A stretch of DNA of 64,000 nt from Escherichia phage UoN_LG358_1. Within the stretch, counting starts at the first letter, position 1. Every line of letters starts with the position of its first letter. The stretch lies in sequence record OK570374; one strand, given 5' to 3'. Shown here piece by piece: positions 1 to 8,451 of the stretch. The notes under the pieces are model-generated. The model had not been told where the DNA came from, ran no database searches, and saw only the letters and a list, made by a program, of their open reading frames with translations. Position numbers and translations under genes: made by a program.

Positions 1-2123
1 TCTTCAAGCATATACCAAATCACTGGGTATTTTTTAGCAAATTCGTCAGAAGCTTTATTAAAATCAGACTTTGACGATAAGATGAGTTTATTATAAATCT
101 TATAACATAAAGCAATTTTTTTAGCAGCTTTTGACTGTTTCACTACTGTGTTAATAGAGCGGCAATTTAATGCTTCAGCCATCTGGTTGAGAACTAAAGA
201 CTTTTCCCAGTTATCACCGGAGATAAAATTCTTCAGCAACGGATTAAGTGCCTTTATATTAATCATAGCATTGAAGCGTCTGATATTAAACAAATGCGGA
301 TGAATTAAATCATCAAGTACGTCGTCAATCAAATCTGCATAACTATCAGCTAAAATATTAAAAACTGAAGTTAGAGAATTATTGTCTTTGACATATTTCA
401 TTGCGCTAGGACGAATAGTATAAAATTCTTTTATATCTGCCGCTTTACATGCTTGTCTAATATTTTCAATGCTGTAACTCGTAGAGCATTCTGTTCTTAA
501 TTCAACAATGTCTTCTCGATTAATTCCAACTGCTAAACCTTCCAATTCACGAACTTCATTTGCAGTTAAAAACAAATTAGTCGATTCCCAATGAAGTTCT
601 GAATCCAATTTCCATAGATGAACATTCGGAGATTTTGGACGTTTAACCGCATCTGAATTATCTGGCTTATTGATTTCAGCATCTTTGGCACGGGCTTGTT
701 CCATATCAGAAGCTTTAAAAATAACTACTTCATCGCCTTCAAACAACTTCTTGGCAAGTTCTACAACTTCTAAATGGTCTTCATTATTCGGGTCAATTAA
801 AATAACTTGACAGCCTTTATGAATATTAAGGTAACTCATCCCACGAATAGTGCTTGCTCTGCGGTTTGGCTTATCGTCAATCATAAAAACAATCTTTTTC
901 TGATTAACATGAATTAAGCCAGATGCCGAATATCGATTACGCGTGCTCCATGAATTACTAATTTTGCGGCGTTCAGCCATATCGCCGACAAAGTAAGTAT
1001 ACATATTAGATGAATACATTTTATTTTCGAGAGCACGTTGGTCGAAATAATCAAGCCATTCGCGGCAAGTTTTGCCTTGAATTTTTGATTGGCTATTACC
1101 AATAATAGCAAGAGACCTGCTGGAAAATTTCTTTAACTCACGGACCAGTTCTCGCTTATTGGTTATACTTTCAAGATGTTTGATATCGTCTCTTAGATTT
1201 GTTTCTTCGATTTTATTAATTTTATTGCGAATAGCTTCGATAGTTTCTTCATTGTAAGAAAGCTCTTCACGGCTAGGAGTAATATCAAGTTCACCTAATT
1301 CAAAATTAACATAAACTGTGTTATACTTATTATTCAACCATTCGCATTTGATACCAGGAACTTCTTGAACCTTAATCGGATAAACAATTCGTCCATAAAT
1401 CGCATATAAATTCGAATCAGTATCAAAATAAGAGCGTTGTTTATCAAACCACTGCTTTTCTGGAGTAAACTCTTCGAAATAATCAATATTGATATTAGCA
1501 CCTTGAATTTCTGGTTCAACACCAGCAAATGTGCGCAAAGTACGACGGACTTCATGATGCCACTTATCAATATCGTCAGTTTTTACCGGGACAGTAATTT
1601 CAATACCGGTGTATTCATCTTCTTCCATTGCTGTGTCAAACAGCGGAATAATTTCTGGGCCAGTATTTTTCATTATAGCGGTGTAACCGCGCTTACGGCC
1701 CTTATGACAAGAAACGACTGTAAAAGTTTTTGTATAGCTAAATGGAGATTTTGAGCCAAGACCCATTGCCCCGATGAAATCATTTGAGTCGGCTTTAGTT
1801 GAAGCAAAATAAGTATTATACAAGCCTGGAGCATCATCAGTTCCACGAATTTGTTCATCGCTCATACCTGGGCCAAAATCGCGAATTACGAAGCGCGGGT
1901 CTATACGAGTAGGAACTTTAATAGTGAACGGACGAGTTTGACCATTCAGTTTATGAGCATCGAGACAGTTAGTAGATAATTCACGAACGATAGCGTAAAT
2001 TTTATTGGTGTACAACTTGTCTGAAAGAACCATGAACGCTTTCATGTTGTTCTCAATGCCAAACTTACTTGCCTTTTGATTGGCTGAACCAAAAATCTGC
2101 TCTTCTTCTTGTTTAATAATCAT
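1..2123 (-). CDS. rIIA: rIIA protein, partial (3' end beyond window edge); GHKL ATPase-like N-terminus
   Basis: Open minus-strand frame from ATG at 2123 to the window edge; N-terminus MIIKQEEEQIFGS...YTNKIYAIVRELSTNCLDAH resembles T4 rIIA and a GyrB/GHKL ATP-binding fold; sits upstream of genes 60/39 as in T4. Confidence 0.7.
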   Translation of the reverse strand, partial: MIIKQEEEQIFGSANQKASKFGIENNMKAFMVLSDKLYTNKIYAIVRELSTNCLDAHKLNGQTRPFTIKVPTRIDPRFVIRDFGPGMSDEQIRGTDDAPGLYNTYFASTKADSNDFIGAMGLGSKSPFSYTKTFTVVSCHKGRKRGYTAIMKNTGPEIIPLFDTAMEEDEYTGIEITVPVKTDDIDKWHHEVRRTLRTFAGVEPEIQGANINIDYFEEFTPEKQWFDKQRSYFDTDSNLYAIYGRIVYPIKVQEVPGIKCEWLNNKYNTVYVNFELGELDITPSREELSYNEETIEAIRNKINKIEETNLRDDIKHLESITNKRELVRELKKFSSRSLAIIGNSQSKIQGKTCREWLDYFDQRALENKMYSSNMYTYFVGDMAERRKISNSWSTRNRYSASGLIHVNQKKIVFMIDDKPNRRASTIRGMSYLNIHKGCQVILIDPNNEDHLEVVELAKKLFEGDEVVIFKASDMEQARAKDAEINKPDNSDAVKRPKSPNVHLWKLDSELHWESTNLFLTANEVRELEGLAVGINREDIVELRTECSTSYSIENIRQACKAADIKEFYTIRPSAMKYVKDNNSLTSVFNILADSYADLIDDVLDDLIHPHLFNIRRFNAMINIKALNPLLKNFISGDNWEKSLVLNQMAEALNCRSINTVVKQSKAAKKIALCYKIYNKLILSSKSDFNKASDEFAKKYPVIWYMLE

Positions 2124-2145
2124 CTTTTTCTCTCATTCACTTAAA

Positions 2146-2349
2146 TTAATCTTGGTTACGCTTAATCAATTCTGCAACTTCTAGAAGTTCTTCTGCCGTT
2201 GCGGTGTTGTTTTGTATTTTAAACCGTATTTCCTTAAAGCGTTCTTTAAAATCTTCAGCTTCACTCATGTCAAAAAATCTTTGAATGATGCGGTACTCTT
2301 TATATACAGCGTCATCAAATAATACCATACAAACGTTAAAGCTTTTCAT
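2146..2349 (-). CDS. hypothetical protein (rIIA.1 position)
   Basis: 67-aa ORF in track, co-directional, tightly packed after rIIA. Confidence 0.4.
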   Translation of the reverse strand: MKSFNVCMVLFDDAVYKEYRIIQRFFDMSEAEDFKERFKEIRFKIQNNTATAEELLEVAELIKRNQD

Positions 2350-2635
2350 TTCCTACCTCTCTGAGGATGGCTGCAAACTGGCTCATAGTGTGTTTTTCAC
2401 GTACAGAGTAAACCAGCCTCAAAGCGGTTTGTTGTAGGTTCACCGGAATGATCTGGTTGTTTTCAACTAATACAGCAATATGTTCTATCATATTAGAGAA
2501 TTTATTTAACCAGATTTCATCTGGTGTATTCTCTGTTTTATTCAGAAACATATCTTTACTATCTCTAATTGTTGCTGCTACGTTGTATAAATTAACATAA
2601 CTTCCGTTAAGCATTTTCATAGCTGTAATCACCAT
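2336..2635 (-). CDS. hypothetical protein
   Basis: 99-aa ORF in track; overlaps upstream ORF start by a few nt. Confidence 0.4.
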   Translation of the reverse strand: MVITAMKMLNGSYVNLYNVAATIRDSKDMFLNKTENTPDEIWLNKFSNMIEHIAVLVENNQIIPVNLQQTALRLVYSVREKHTMSQFAAILREVGNEKL

Positions 2636-2640
2636 ACTAA

Positions 2641-2668
2641 AAAGGGACTCCCGAAGGAGTCCCTGTTA
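2641..2668 (-). terminator. putative intrinsic terminator (hairpin GGGACUCC-UUCG-GGAGUCCC followed by U-run on minus-strand RNA)
   Basis: Plus strand AAAAGGGACTCCCGAAGGAGTCCCTG; perfect stem with UUCG tetraloop and T-run in the minus orientation. Confidence 0.5.
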
Positions 2669-2824
2669 TTACCATGTGGCTTTTGACACCATACCTGTAA
2701 CTTTCTTCAAAGAGTTGTCCGGCTGACGAACACGAATAGTAGCTATATCGCCAGGGAGAGGAAGAGCATCTCCCCACATATAACCGAAACTTCCATCTAC
2801 AAGCGTTACCCAGATTTGTGACAT
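2669..2824 (-). CDS. small hypothetical protein (51 aa)
   Basis: Hand-translated ORF MSQIWVTLVDGSFGYMWGDALPLPGDIATIRVRQPDNSLKKVTGMVSKATW between gene 60 and the terminator; below the track's length cutoff. Confidence 0.25.
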   Translation of the reverse strand: MSQIWVTLVDGSFGYMWGDALPLPGDIATIRVRQPDNSLKKVTGMVSKATW

Positions 2825-2858
2825 ATACTCTCCTATACGGGCGGAATGCCCGTATTAT

Positions 2859-3386
2859 TTATTCACTCATCCAGACCTTGCGAGGAGCCGCATCATTACC
2901 CATAACCATTTCAAAAAGTTCTTTCCAATTTGGCGGCAATGACACTACGTCATAAACCGGTTGCTGAATAACTCGTTCATATTCATCTTCTTCCAAAGAA
3001 CCAAGTCCTTTGATGTAACGAAGTTTCCATCCAGCAAGTTTATCTTTTTCAGCTTCATATTCGGCGGCATTGTAATACCATTTTTGTTCAGAGCCCTTTG
3101 ACATAATAATCACTGGGGTTTTAACAAACCGAATACGTCCTTCTTCGAACAATTTCGGCCAATTAGCAAAGAACGCTAGCAGGCTTGGATAAATTGACCC
3201 TGTGCCAAATATCTCTATTGTGAGGTATATCAATGATTAGCCCGAAGGCTAACCATCAACATCAGCATCAGTCATGATGGCAATGTTTTTATAATTCAAA
3301 GAAGAAGTTGATGTACGACGTACAATTGTCTGGGCTTTATATGATTTCATATCAATTTCAGTTTCTTTAACTTTAGCAAATTTCAT
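2859..3386 (-). CDS. 60: DNA topoisomerase II small subunit gp60, interrupted by a translational-bypass coding gap (about 3204..3251)
   Basis: N-terminal 45 codons MKFAKVKETEIDMKSYKAQTIVRRTSTSSLNYKNIAIMTDADVDG end at GGT then TAG (3251..3249), followed by UAGCC-UUCG-GGCUA hairpin; same-frame C-terminal segment ...TGSIYPSLLAFFANWPKLFEEGRIRFVKTPVII...YIKGLGSL...NWKELFEM matches T4 gp60 on both sides of its 50-nt hop. Confidence 0.7.
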
Positions 3387-4086
3387 TTAAAACCTCATAA
3401 AATTTTTCATCAGGAGTCCAACCGTTTTTAAACTGATTGAACGCGATTTTGAACAGTTTCGTTTTGATAGTTATATTATTAACCGTTTTCCATTTAGCAA
3501 TTCCGGTTTTCTTATAACTAACTGGGTCATAAACGTTAGCATACCAATCATAAAGGGACGGAATCAACTTAACTGCGTCTGGATTGGTTTTAGATTTGTT
3601 ATACCAAGGTTTAGATTTTTCAAGGGCGGCTGCTACTTTTGTAGCGTTTAACGTGTTACCAACTCCGCATAAACCAAGGTCCTTTATTAAAGGGTCGTCC
3701 GTTCTTAGTCTATAGGTTGTGTTATCTTTATCCTTGTAAACTCCGTATCCTTTCACACCTTCAAATTTTCTTCCGTAATTTACGCCAACCCAATCTTCTT
3801 CAGTGTATTCGCCTTTCGTCAGTAATCGACATTCTCCAGTTTCTTTATTTCTAAGTAAAATTTTGTCACGCATGAACTCAGCAGACCAATCTGAAATCAT
3901 ATTAACATAATTTTTCCTGGCTATTTCATAAAGTTTAGAACGAAATATTGTTCCAGAATTCATTATCCGGTTCAAAGCATAAGACATTTCTTTGTTTTTA
4001 TGAATTTTAAACAATAACCAGTGCGCAATAAAATGTTCGCGATATGTCAATTTTACCAAATTATCTGAAGTATCTAATCCACCCAT
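3373..4086 (-). CDS. mobA: HNH homing endonuclease (MobA-like), inserted between topoisomerase genes 39 and 60
   Basis: 237-aa ORF; HNH signature HHILPRSMGGLDTSDNLVKL...EHFIAHWLL begins in the in-frame stretch upstream of the first ATG (up to 4167), so the true start is uncertain. Confidence 0.6.
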   Translation of the reverse strand: MGGLDTSDNLVKLTYREHFIAHWLLFKIHKNKEMSYALNRIMNSGTIFRSKLYEIARKNYVNMISDWSAEFMRDKILLRNKETGECRLLTKGEYTEEDWVGVNYGRKFEGVKGYGVYKDKDNTTYRLRTDDPLIKDLGLCGVGNTLNATKVAAALEKSKPWYNKSKTNPDAVKLIPSLYDWYANVYDPVSYKKTGIAKWKTVNNITIKTKLFKIAFNQFKNGWTPDEKFYEVLNEIC

Positions 4087-4167
4087 GCTTCTTGGAAGTA
4101 TATGATGAATTTCTCCTTTAACCGGCGGAACCCTGGTTTTACCCCGGGAAATTAGTTTTTCTATAAT

Positions 4168-5721
4168 TCATACTAAGTCTTTTACTTTTTTCCAGACGCC
4201 ATCAATAAAAATTTCGTCATTGATATTAACTACAATATCTTCACCGGCAACATTTACAGTATACCATTGTTCGCCGGCTTCAACTTCCGTGAATGGGTCT
4301 TCACCAATGACTAACCCAGTAATTGCACAAATATCAAAGATTTCTTTGTTTTTCAAAGCATCACCTGCAGACATTCCCCAGGTGTTCATCACTTTACCAC
4401 GTAATGGATAACCGCCATGAAGGGCACGGTCACGAGTATTAATTAGATAACCAATAGCAGAATCACCTTCTGTTAAAAACAAAGTTGTTTCTACTTTATC
4501 ATTACCATATTCGCCAGCTTTGATGTGTTTATGAACTTTAGCTTTGGCCGCCTTTTTCGCTGCTTTGGTTTCTGCTGCTTTCTCTGCCGCTAGTTTACGT
4601 GCTAATGCAGCTTCAATAATCGGCATTAAAATAGCATCAGATTTCATAATCTGATTAGAAATTTTCTTTGCATCGAGATTTAAGTGAGATTTAATTTCGC
4701 CCCATGGACTTGTAAGACGCTCTTTGGTTTGCGAGTCAAAGCGCAAGTTACTCATATCTCGAATAAACATCAACACAGTAAAACACTCTTTAATACGAGC
4801 TTTGTTTACTTCAATTTTGTGTTTACGTTTAATAGCCGGAATTAATTCATTAGCAATTTCGTCAATAACATAATCAATATGCGAACCGCCATTCTTTGTA
4901 TGAATGTTGTTAACATAAGTCATTTGACGAAAACCATCTGGAGAATTACCTATAGCCAAAGAATAATTTTCTTCATCAATAATGATAGCATTTTTATCAT
5001 ACTGCTTAGAATATTTTTTGAAATTACTATCAACTTTTTTATTGTTAAATTTAAATTCAATTTTTGGATAAACGACTGCCAATGTCTGTAAACGGTCCAA
5101 CATAATATCAAAATAAACATCATCAAAATTGTTCATTTCGAAATGGCTAAAATCTGGAATAAATTCTACCTTAGTTCCTTTATAAGAGGATTTTTTGGAT
5201 TTCCAAGAAACATTGTCAGAATTATTGCTACAAGAAACTGTTAATTCATTTTCTCCATCAGATGTTGTACCTTTAAACATAACAGAGAAAATATTAGTCA
5301 ATGAAGAACCAACACCGTTTTGCCCGCCAGTTTTACGCTCTTCATCAGCTCCAAAGTTTCCGCCTGCCTTAGTTTTCGTCCATGCTGCTACTGGACCAGG
5401 AATTTCTTCACCTTCAGGAGTAGTAACCATAGCCTGTGGAATTCCACGGCCATTATCTTCTACGGTCACTTTGCTTGTGGAAGAATCGATATTGACTGAA
5501 ATTTTATTAGCAAATTTAAAACTTGTACGGATAGCTTCATCAACAGAGTTATCGATAATTTCATCAATAAGTTTGAGAACGCCAGCTACGTATTGTACCC
5601 GCTTAAATTCGCCAAAAACAAAACGCTCATGAAATTCGTTAGATACACTTCCGATGTACATTCCAGGACGCTTAAGAACGTGTTCCTTGTCAGAGAGCAT
5701 TTGAATTTTATTTTCAATCAT
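4168..5721 (-). CDS. 39: DNA topoisomerase II large subunit gp39 (GyrB-like ATPase)
   Basis: 517 aa; MIENKIQMLSDKEHVLKRPGMYIGS... GHKL/TOPRIM motifs; length matches T4 gp39. Confidence 0.9.
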   Translation of the reverse strand: MIENKIQMLSDKEHVLKRPGMYIGSVSNEFHERFVFGEFKRVQYVAGVLKLIDEIIDNSVDEAIRTSFKFANKISVNIDSSTSKVTVEDNGRGIPQAMVTTPEGEEIPGPVAAWTKTKAGGNFGADEERKTGGQNGVGSSLTNIFSVMFKGTTSDGENELTVSCSNNSDNVSWKSKKSSYKGTKVEFIPDFSHFEMNNFDDVYFDIMLDRLQTLAVVYPKIEFKFNNKKVDSNFKKYSKQYDKNAIIIDEENYSLAIGNSPDGFRQMTYVNNIHTKNGGSHIDYVIDEIANELIPAIKRKHKIEVNKARIKECFTVLMFIRDMSNLRFDSQTKERLTSPWGEIKSHLNLDAKKISNQIMKSDAILMPIIEAALARKLAAEKAAETKAAKKAAKAKVHKHIKAGEYGNDKVETTLFLTEGDSAIGYLINTRDRALHGGYPLRGKVMNTWGMSAGDALKNKEIFDICAITGLVIGEDPFTEVEAGEQWYTVNVAGEDIVVNINDEIFIDGVWKKVKDLV

Positions 5722-5760
5722 GTTATTATCCCAGTTTGAATTTGTCTGATAATTATATCA

Positions 5761-6126
5761 TCAATTTAATTTAGCAATTAATTCATCACGATATTTCATG
5801 AGATGATGAAGCGCCGGAGCCCCATATATAGGAGAACACAAACTTGAATTAGGTTTTTTACAAAATATGGTGTGAATAGCTTGCTCTTCACTTTCGTATG
5901 AAAACGTCAAAGTTTGGCTATACCGGTCATCATAATAGGCAGCATAATTATTTTCTTCAATTACGATAAATTCTTGAACAACTTTATAATATTTTTGTAA
6001 CCAGATGCACCGTCCGTTATCCAATTTAGTCGGGAACAATGCGAATTTATATTTTCCAATCGCTCGTTCAACTAATCTAAGCTTGCTGGCGGCATTCTTT
6101 TGAATTGAAGATTTTCCAAATATCAT
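5761..6126 (-). CDS. hypothetical protein (39.1 position)
   Basis: 121-aa ORF in track. Confidence 0.45.
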   Translation of the reverse strand: MIFGKSSIQKNAASKLRLVERAIGKYKFALFPTKLDNGRCIWLQKYYKVVQEFIVIEENNYAAYYDDRYSQTLTFSYESEEQAIHTIFCKKPNSSLCSPIYGAPALHHLMKYRDELIAKLN

Positions 6127-6147
6127 AATATTTTTCTCACTTAGCTG

Positions 6148-6327
6148 TTAAGAATAATCGCGATTTTTGTATCCGTTGTAATGAACAGCGGGCGCAGCGG
6201 TTTCTCGGAACATTTTTCCTTCACAATTCAGAAATGAACATTCAATTGGTTCATCACGTTCTGAGACCTTGCGCATCTTTTCTACCTTTTCACCGCAGGC
6301 TTCGCACGTGTAATCATAAATTGGCAT
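6148..6327 (-). CDS. small zinc-ribbon protein (FmdB-like CxxC...CxxC), 59 aa
   Basis: Hand-translated MPIYDYTCEACGEKVEKMRKVSERDEPIECSFLNCEGKMF...; ATG overlaps upstream stop (TAATG); below track cutoff. Confidence 0.3.
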   Translation of the reverse strand: MPIYDYTCEACGEKVEKMRKVSERDEPIECSFLNCEGKMFRETAAPAVHYNGYKNRDYS

Positions 6328-6782
6328 TATAGTAATCCTTTTAACATTTCAATAGCCGCTTTGACTTGATTTTTATTAGTAATTGCTAAAGTGATATGAG
6401 GAATTTCATTTTCTTCTGAAGCTTCATATTCGTCATCGTTTGCTGCTAAATTAGGTGTTTCAAACTTAAAATATTTAGCTTCTTCACGCAGGATAAGGAA
6501 ATATTCATCGCTGACTTTAGCATTCAAGTATCCAGGCAATCCATTGACTGTATCTTGGTCACCAACCAGTACGCCATTACACATTATAGCTGCTTCGGCA
6601 TTACCGGTCTCGGGATTGACATAAATTACTCTAAAAAATCCGCCGTTTTTCTCAATAAAGTCAATAATTTCCTCATTGTACTTATGAGCTTTAGCAAATC
6701 CAACGTAATCGCGGATTGAATACCATTTATCTTCTACAAATTCTTCTAAATTCTGTGTAGTCATTAGATAGTTTCCTTCCAA
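6327..6782 (-). CDS. hypothetical protein
   Basis: 151-aa ORF in track. Confidence 0.5.
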   Translation of the reverse strand: MEGNYLMTTQNLEEFVEDKWYSIRDYVGFAKAHKYNEEIIDFIEKNGGFFRVIYVNPETGNAEAAIMCNGVLVGDQDTVNGLPGYLNAKVSDEYFLILREEAKYFKFETPNLAANDDEYEASEENEIPHITLAITNKNQVKAAIEMLKGLL

Positions 6783-6973
6783 TAAGAAGTTCCGTTTTCA
6801 TTGATGTAACGAACTACCGCATAGATTGCACGGCTGTTTTCGTAAACGTAGGCGTATGTGTGATGTTCTAGATGTCCTTGAACTTCTTTTTGCACAATAG
6901 TCAACTCTGGATTGAACAAGATATCTTCAAACTGCTCTTGTGTTAAAATGCGGTTCATTTTATTTTTCCTCAT
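6764..6973 (-). CDS. hypothetical protein
   Basis: 69-aa ORF in track, immediately downstream of an early-promoter-like element. Confidence 0.45.
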   Translation of the reverse strand: MRKNKMNRILTQEQFEDILFNPELTIVQKEVQGHLEHHTYAYVYENSRAIYAVVRYINENGTSYWKETI

Positions 6974-6989
6974 TTATTTTGATAGGGTT

Positions 6990-7019
6990 ATAGTATCATA
7001 ACCCTCAAGGAAAGTAAAC
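6990..7019 (-). promoter_or_regulatory. T4-type early promoter (-35 GTTTAC, 18-bp spacer, -10 TACTAT)
   Basis: Plus strand shows ATAGTA...GTAAACGGTT, the reverse complement of the recurring early promoter cassette; -10 sits inside inverted repeat GGGTTAT/ATAACCC. Confidence 0.4.
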
Positions 7020-7021
7020 GG

Positions 7022-7474
7022 TTAAACTTTTACGCTCAGAAAACGGGTTGAACGGATTACTGCTGGGATAACTAAATCCAAATCTTTAGTAGCCATTAAA
7101 GCGTATTCACCCTGATAAACCACGTTCGCAACTTCTTCGCCGTCAATATCATAAACCAAGGTAACTAATCCACACTTACGGTCACAAATGTGACAGTCTC
7201 CCTGACCGCCGGAATGCTCGATTGCTGCATCTGCGTTTCGAATTCGTACAATATCGCCAATTTCAATAACACAACGCTGAGAAGCTTCTTTCGTATAAGT
7301 GTTGTTTTCAGACACATAGTAGTCTTTTACATAAATTGTGTTATTAGTTTTAACATCGCGCAGACGATATCCATCACGCTTTGAATGACCTAGAACAATA
7401 CCAACACGACCAGCATTTTTACCACTAATTACACGAAGTTCAGTACCTTTAACAAACATATTATCACCTTTCAA
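7022..7474 (-). CDS. hypothetical protein with KOW-like N-terminus (MotB region); first ATG at 7459
   Basis: Track ORF begins with TTG; ATG at 7459 has SD AAGGTGA; MFVKGTELRVISGKNAGRVGIV is KOW-like; position before dexA. Confidence 0.4.
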   Translation of the reverse strand: MKGDNMFVKGTELRVISGKNAGRVGIVLGHSKRDGYRLRDVKTNNTIYVKDYYVSENNTYTKEASQRCVIEIGDIVRIRNADAAIEHSGGQGDCHICDRKCGLVTLVYDIDGEEVANVVYQGEYALMATKDLDLVIPAVIRSTRFLSVKV

Positions 7475-7525
7475 TTTTCAGTATCAGATTTGAGAAATTA
7501 TTTTATATCAAAATATTTAAAGTTG

Positions 7526-8221
7526 TTATCCACGACCTTTTGGAAGTGAAAGAGGGTCAACTTCATCACCGACCGGAGCTTCTTCTAATCCAAGCGCATA
7601 TCGTTGAGCATATTTCAGCATCAGAATATCTTTAGCACAATCATGAATACTATCATGAGCGATGAACCCGTCGAGTACACCATTACGCAATGGAGTTGTT
7701 GTTAAATTTCTAGTCATCAAAAGAGCTTCTATTGCTGTACGAATGTCTCGTTGATTCCAGAATTTACACGGTTCCAAATTAAATGTGTCAATATCTTTAT
7801 CTTCAATTCCTTTCCGGAGTTCACCTTCACGTAGGATATCAACAAGAATAGGAAAGTCAAATGACTGTCCGCGGCACCATCCGAATGAGTTCCATGCATC
7901 TACTCCGTTATCTTTCAGGAATTTAAGAAGTTTATAAAGTCCTTCGACGTGGTCAATGTCATCATCAGACGGTGCAAGGTTAGCTCTAGCTTCAGCTGAC
8001 TGCTTTTTCCACCAAGCTAAAGTACTTGCACCGAATAACCGAAATGGACGCTGAGACCGGAGGTCAAACTTTAGTTTCATTCCCCTGGAAACTAGTTCGT
8101 CGAACGTTTCGATAACTTCCGGATTAGGGTCAAAAACTACCACCGCACAGTCAATAACTGCTGATCGAGAAACGTTACCGAATGTCTCCCAATCAATAAT
8201 AAAATCTTTTACGCCCGGCAT
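7526..8221 (-). CDS. dexA: exonuclease A (DnaQ-like 3'-5' exonuclease)
   Basis: 231 aa; FIIDWETFG acidic exonuclease motif; position and size match T4 dexA. Confidence 0.7.
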   Translation of the reverse strand: MPGVKDFIIDWETFGNVSRSAVIDCAVVVFDPNPEVIETFDELVSRGMKLKFDLRSQRPFRLFGASTLAWWKKQSAEARANLAPSDDDIDHVEGLYKLLKFLKDNGVDAWNSFGWCRGQSFDFPILVDILREGELRKGIEDKDIDTFNLEPCKFWNQRDIRTAIEALLMTRNLTTTPLRNGVLDGFIAHDSIHDCAKDILMLKYAQRYALGLEEAPVGDEVDPLSLPKGRG

Positions 8222-8442
8222 AGATATTCCTTAAATTCATTAATCTGTTTAGATATTTTATCATTAATTGATATAAGCGGTACTTGTCCTTGGAACCAAG
8301 CGATACTCATAGCTTCGTCGCGAATCTCGTTTAGTTGAAGCAATAACGTAGATTGATGACCGCGCCACCAAGCATCTTCGGGTTTGTTAATTTCAATAGC
8401 ATTAATCAACTTATCAAAATCATCAATATCAAGAGTAAACAT
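8209..8442 (-). CDS. hypothetical protein
   Basis: 77-aa ORF in track. Confidence 0.4.
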   Translation of the reverse strand: MFTLDIDDFDKLINAIEINKPEDAWWRGHQSTLLLQLNEIRDEAMSIAWFQGQVPLISINDKISKQINEFKEYLCRA

Positions 8443-8451
8443 ATTTGTTCC

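Noticed and set aside
4220-5632. Plus-strand ORFs from the track inside gene 39 (4220..4411, 4879..5091, 5195..5632)
   Set aside because: They lie antisense within a well-supported, conserved minus-strand gene and have no recognisable motifs or ribosome-binding sites; most likely chance open frames.
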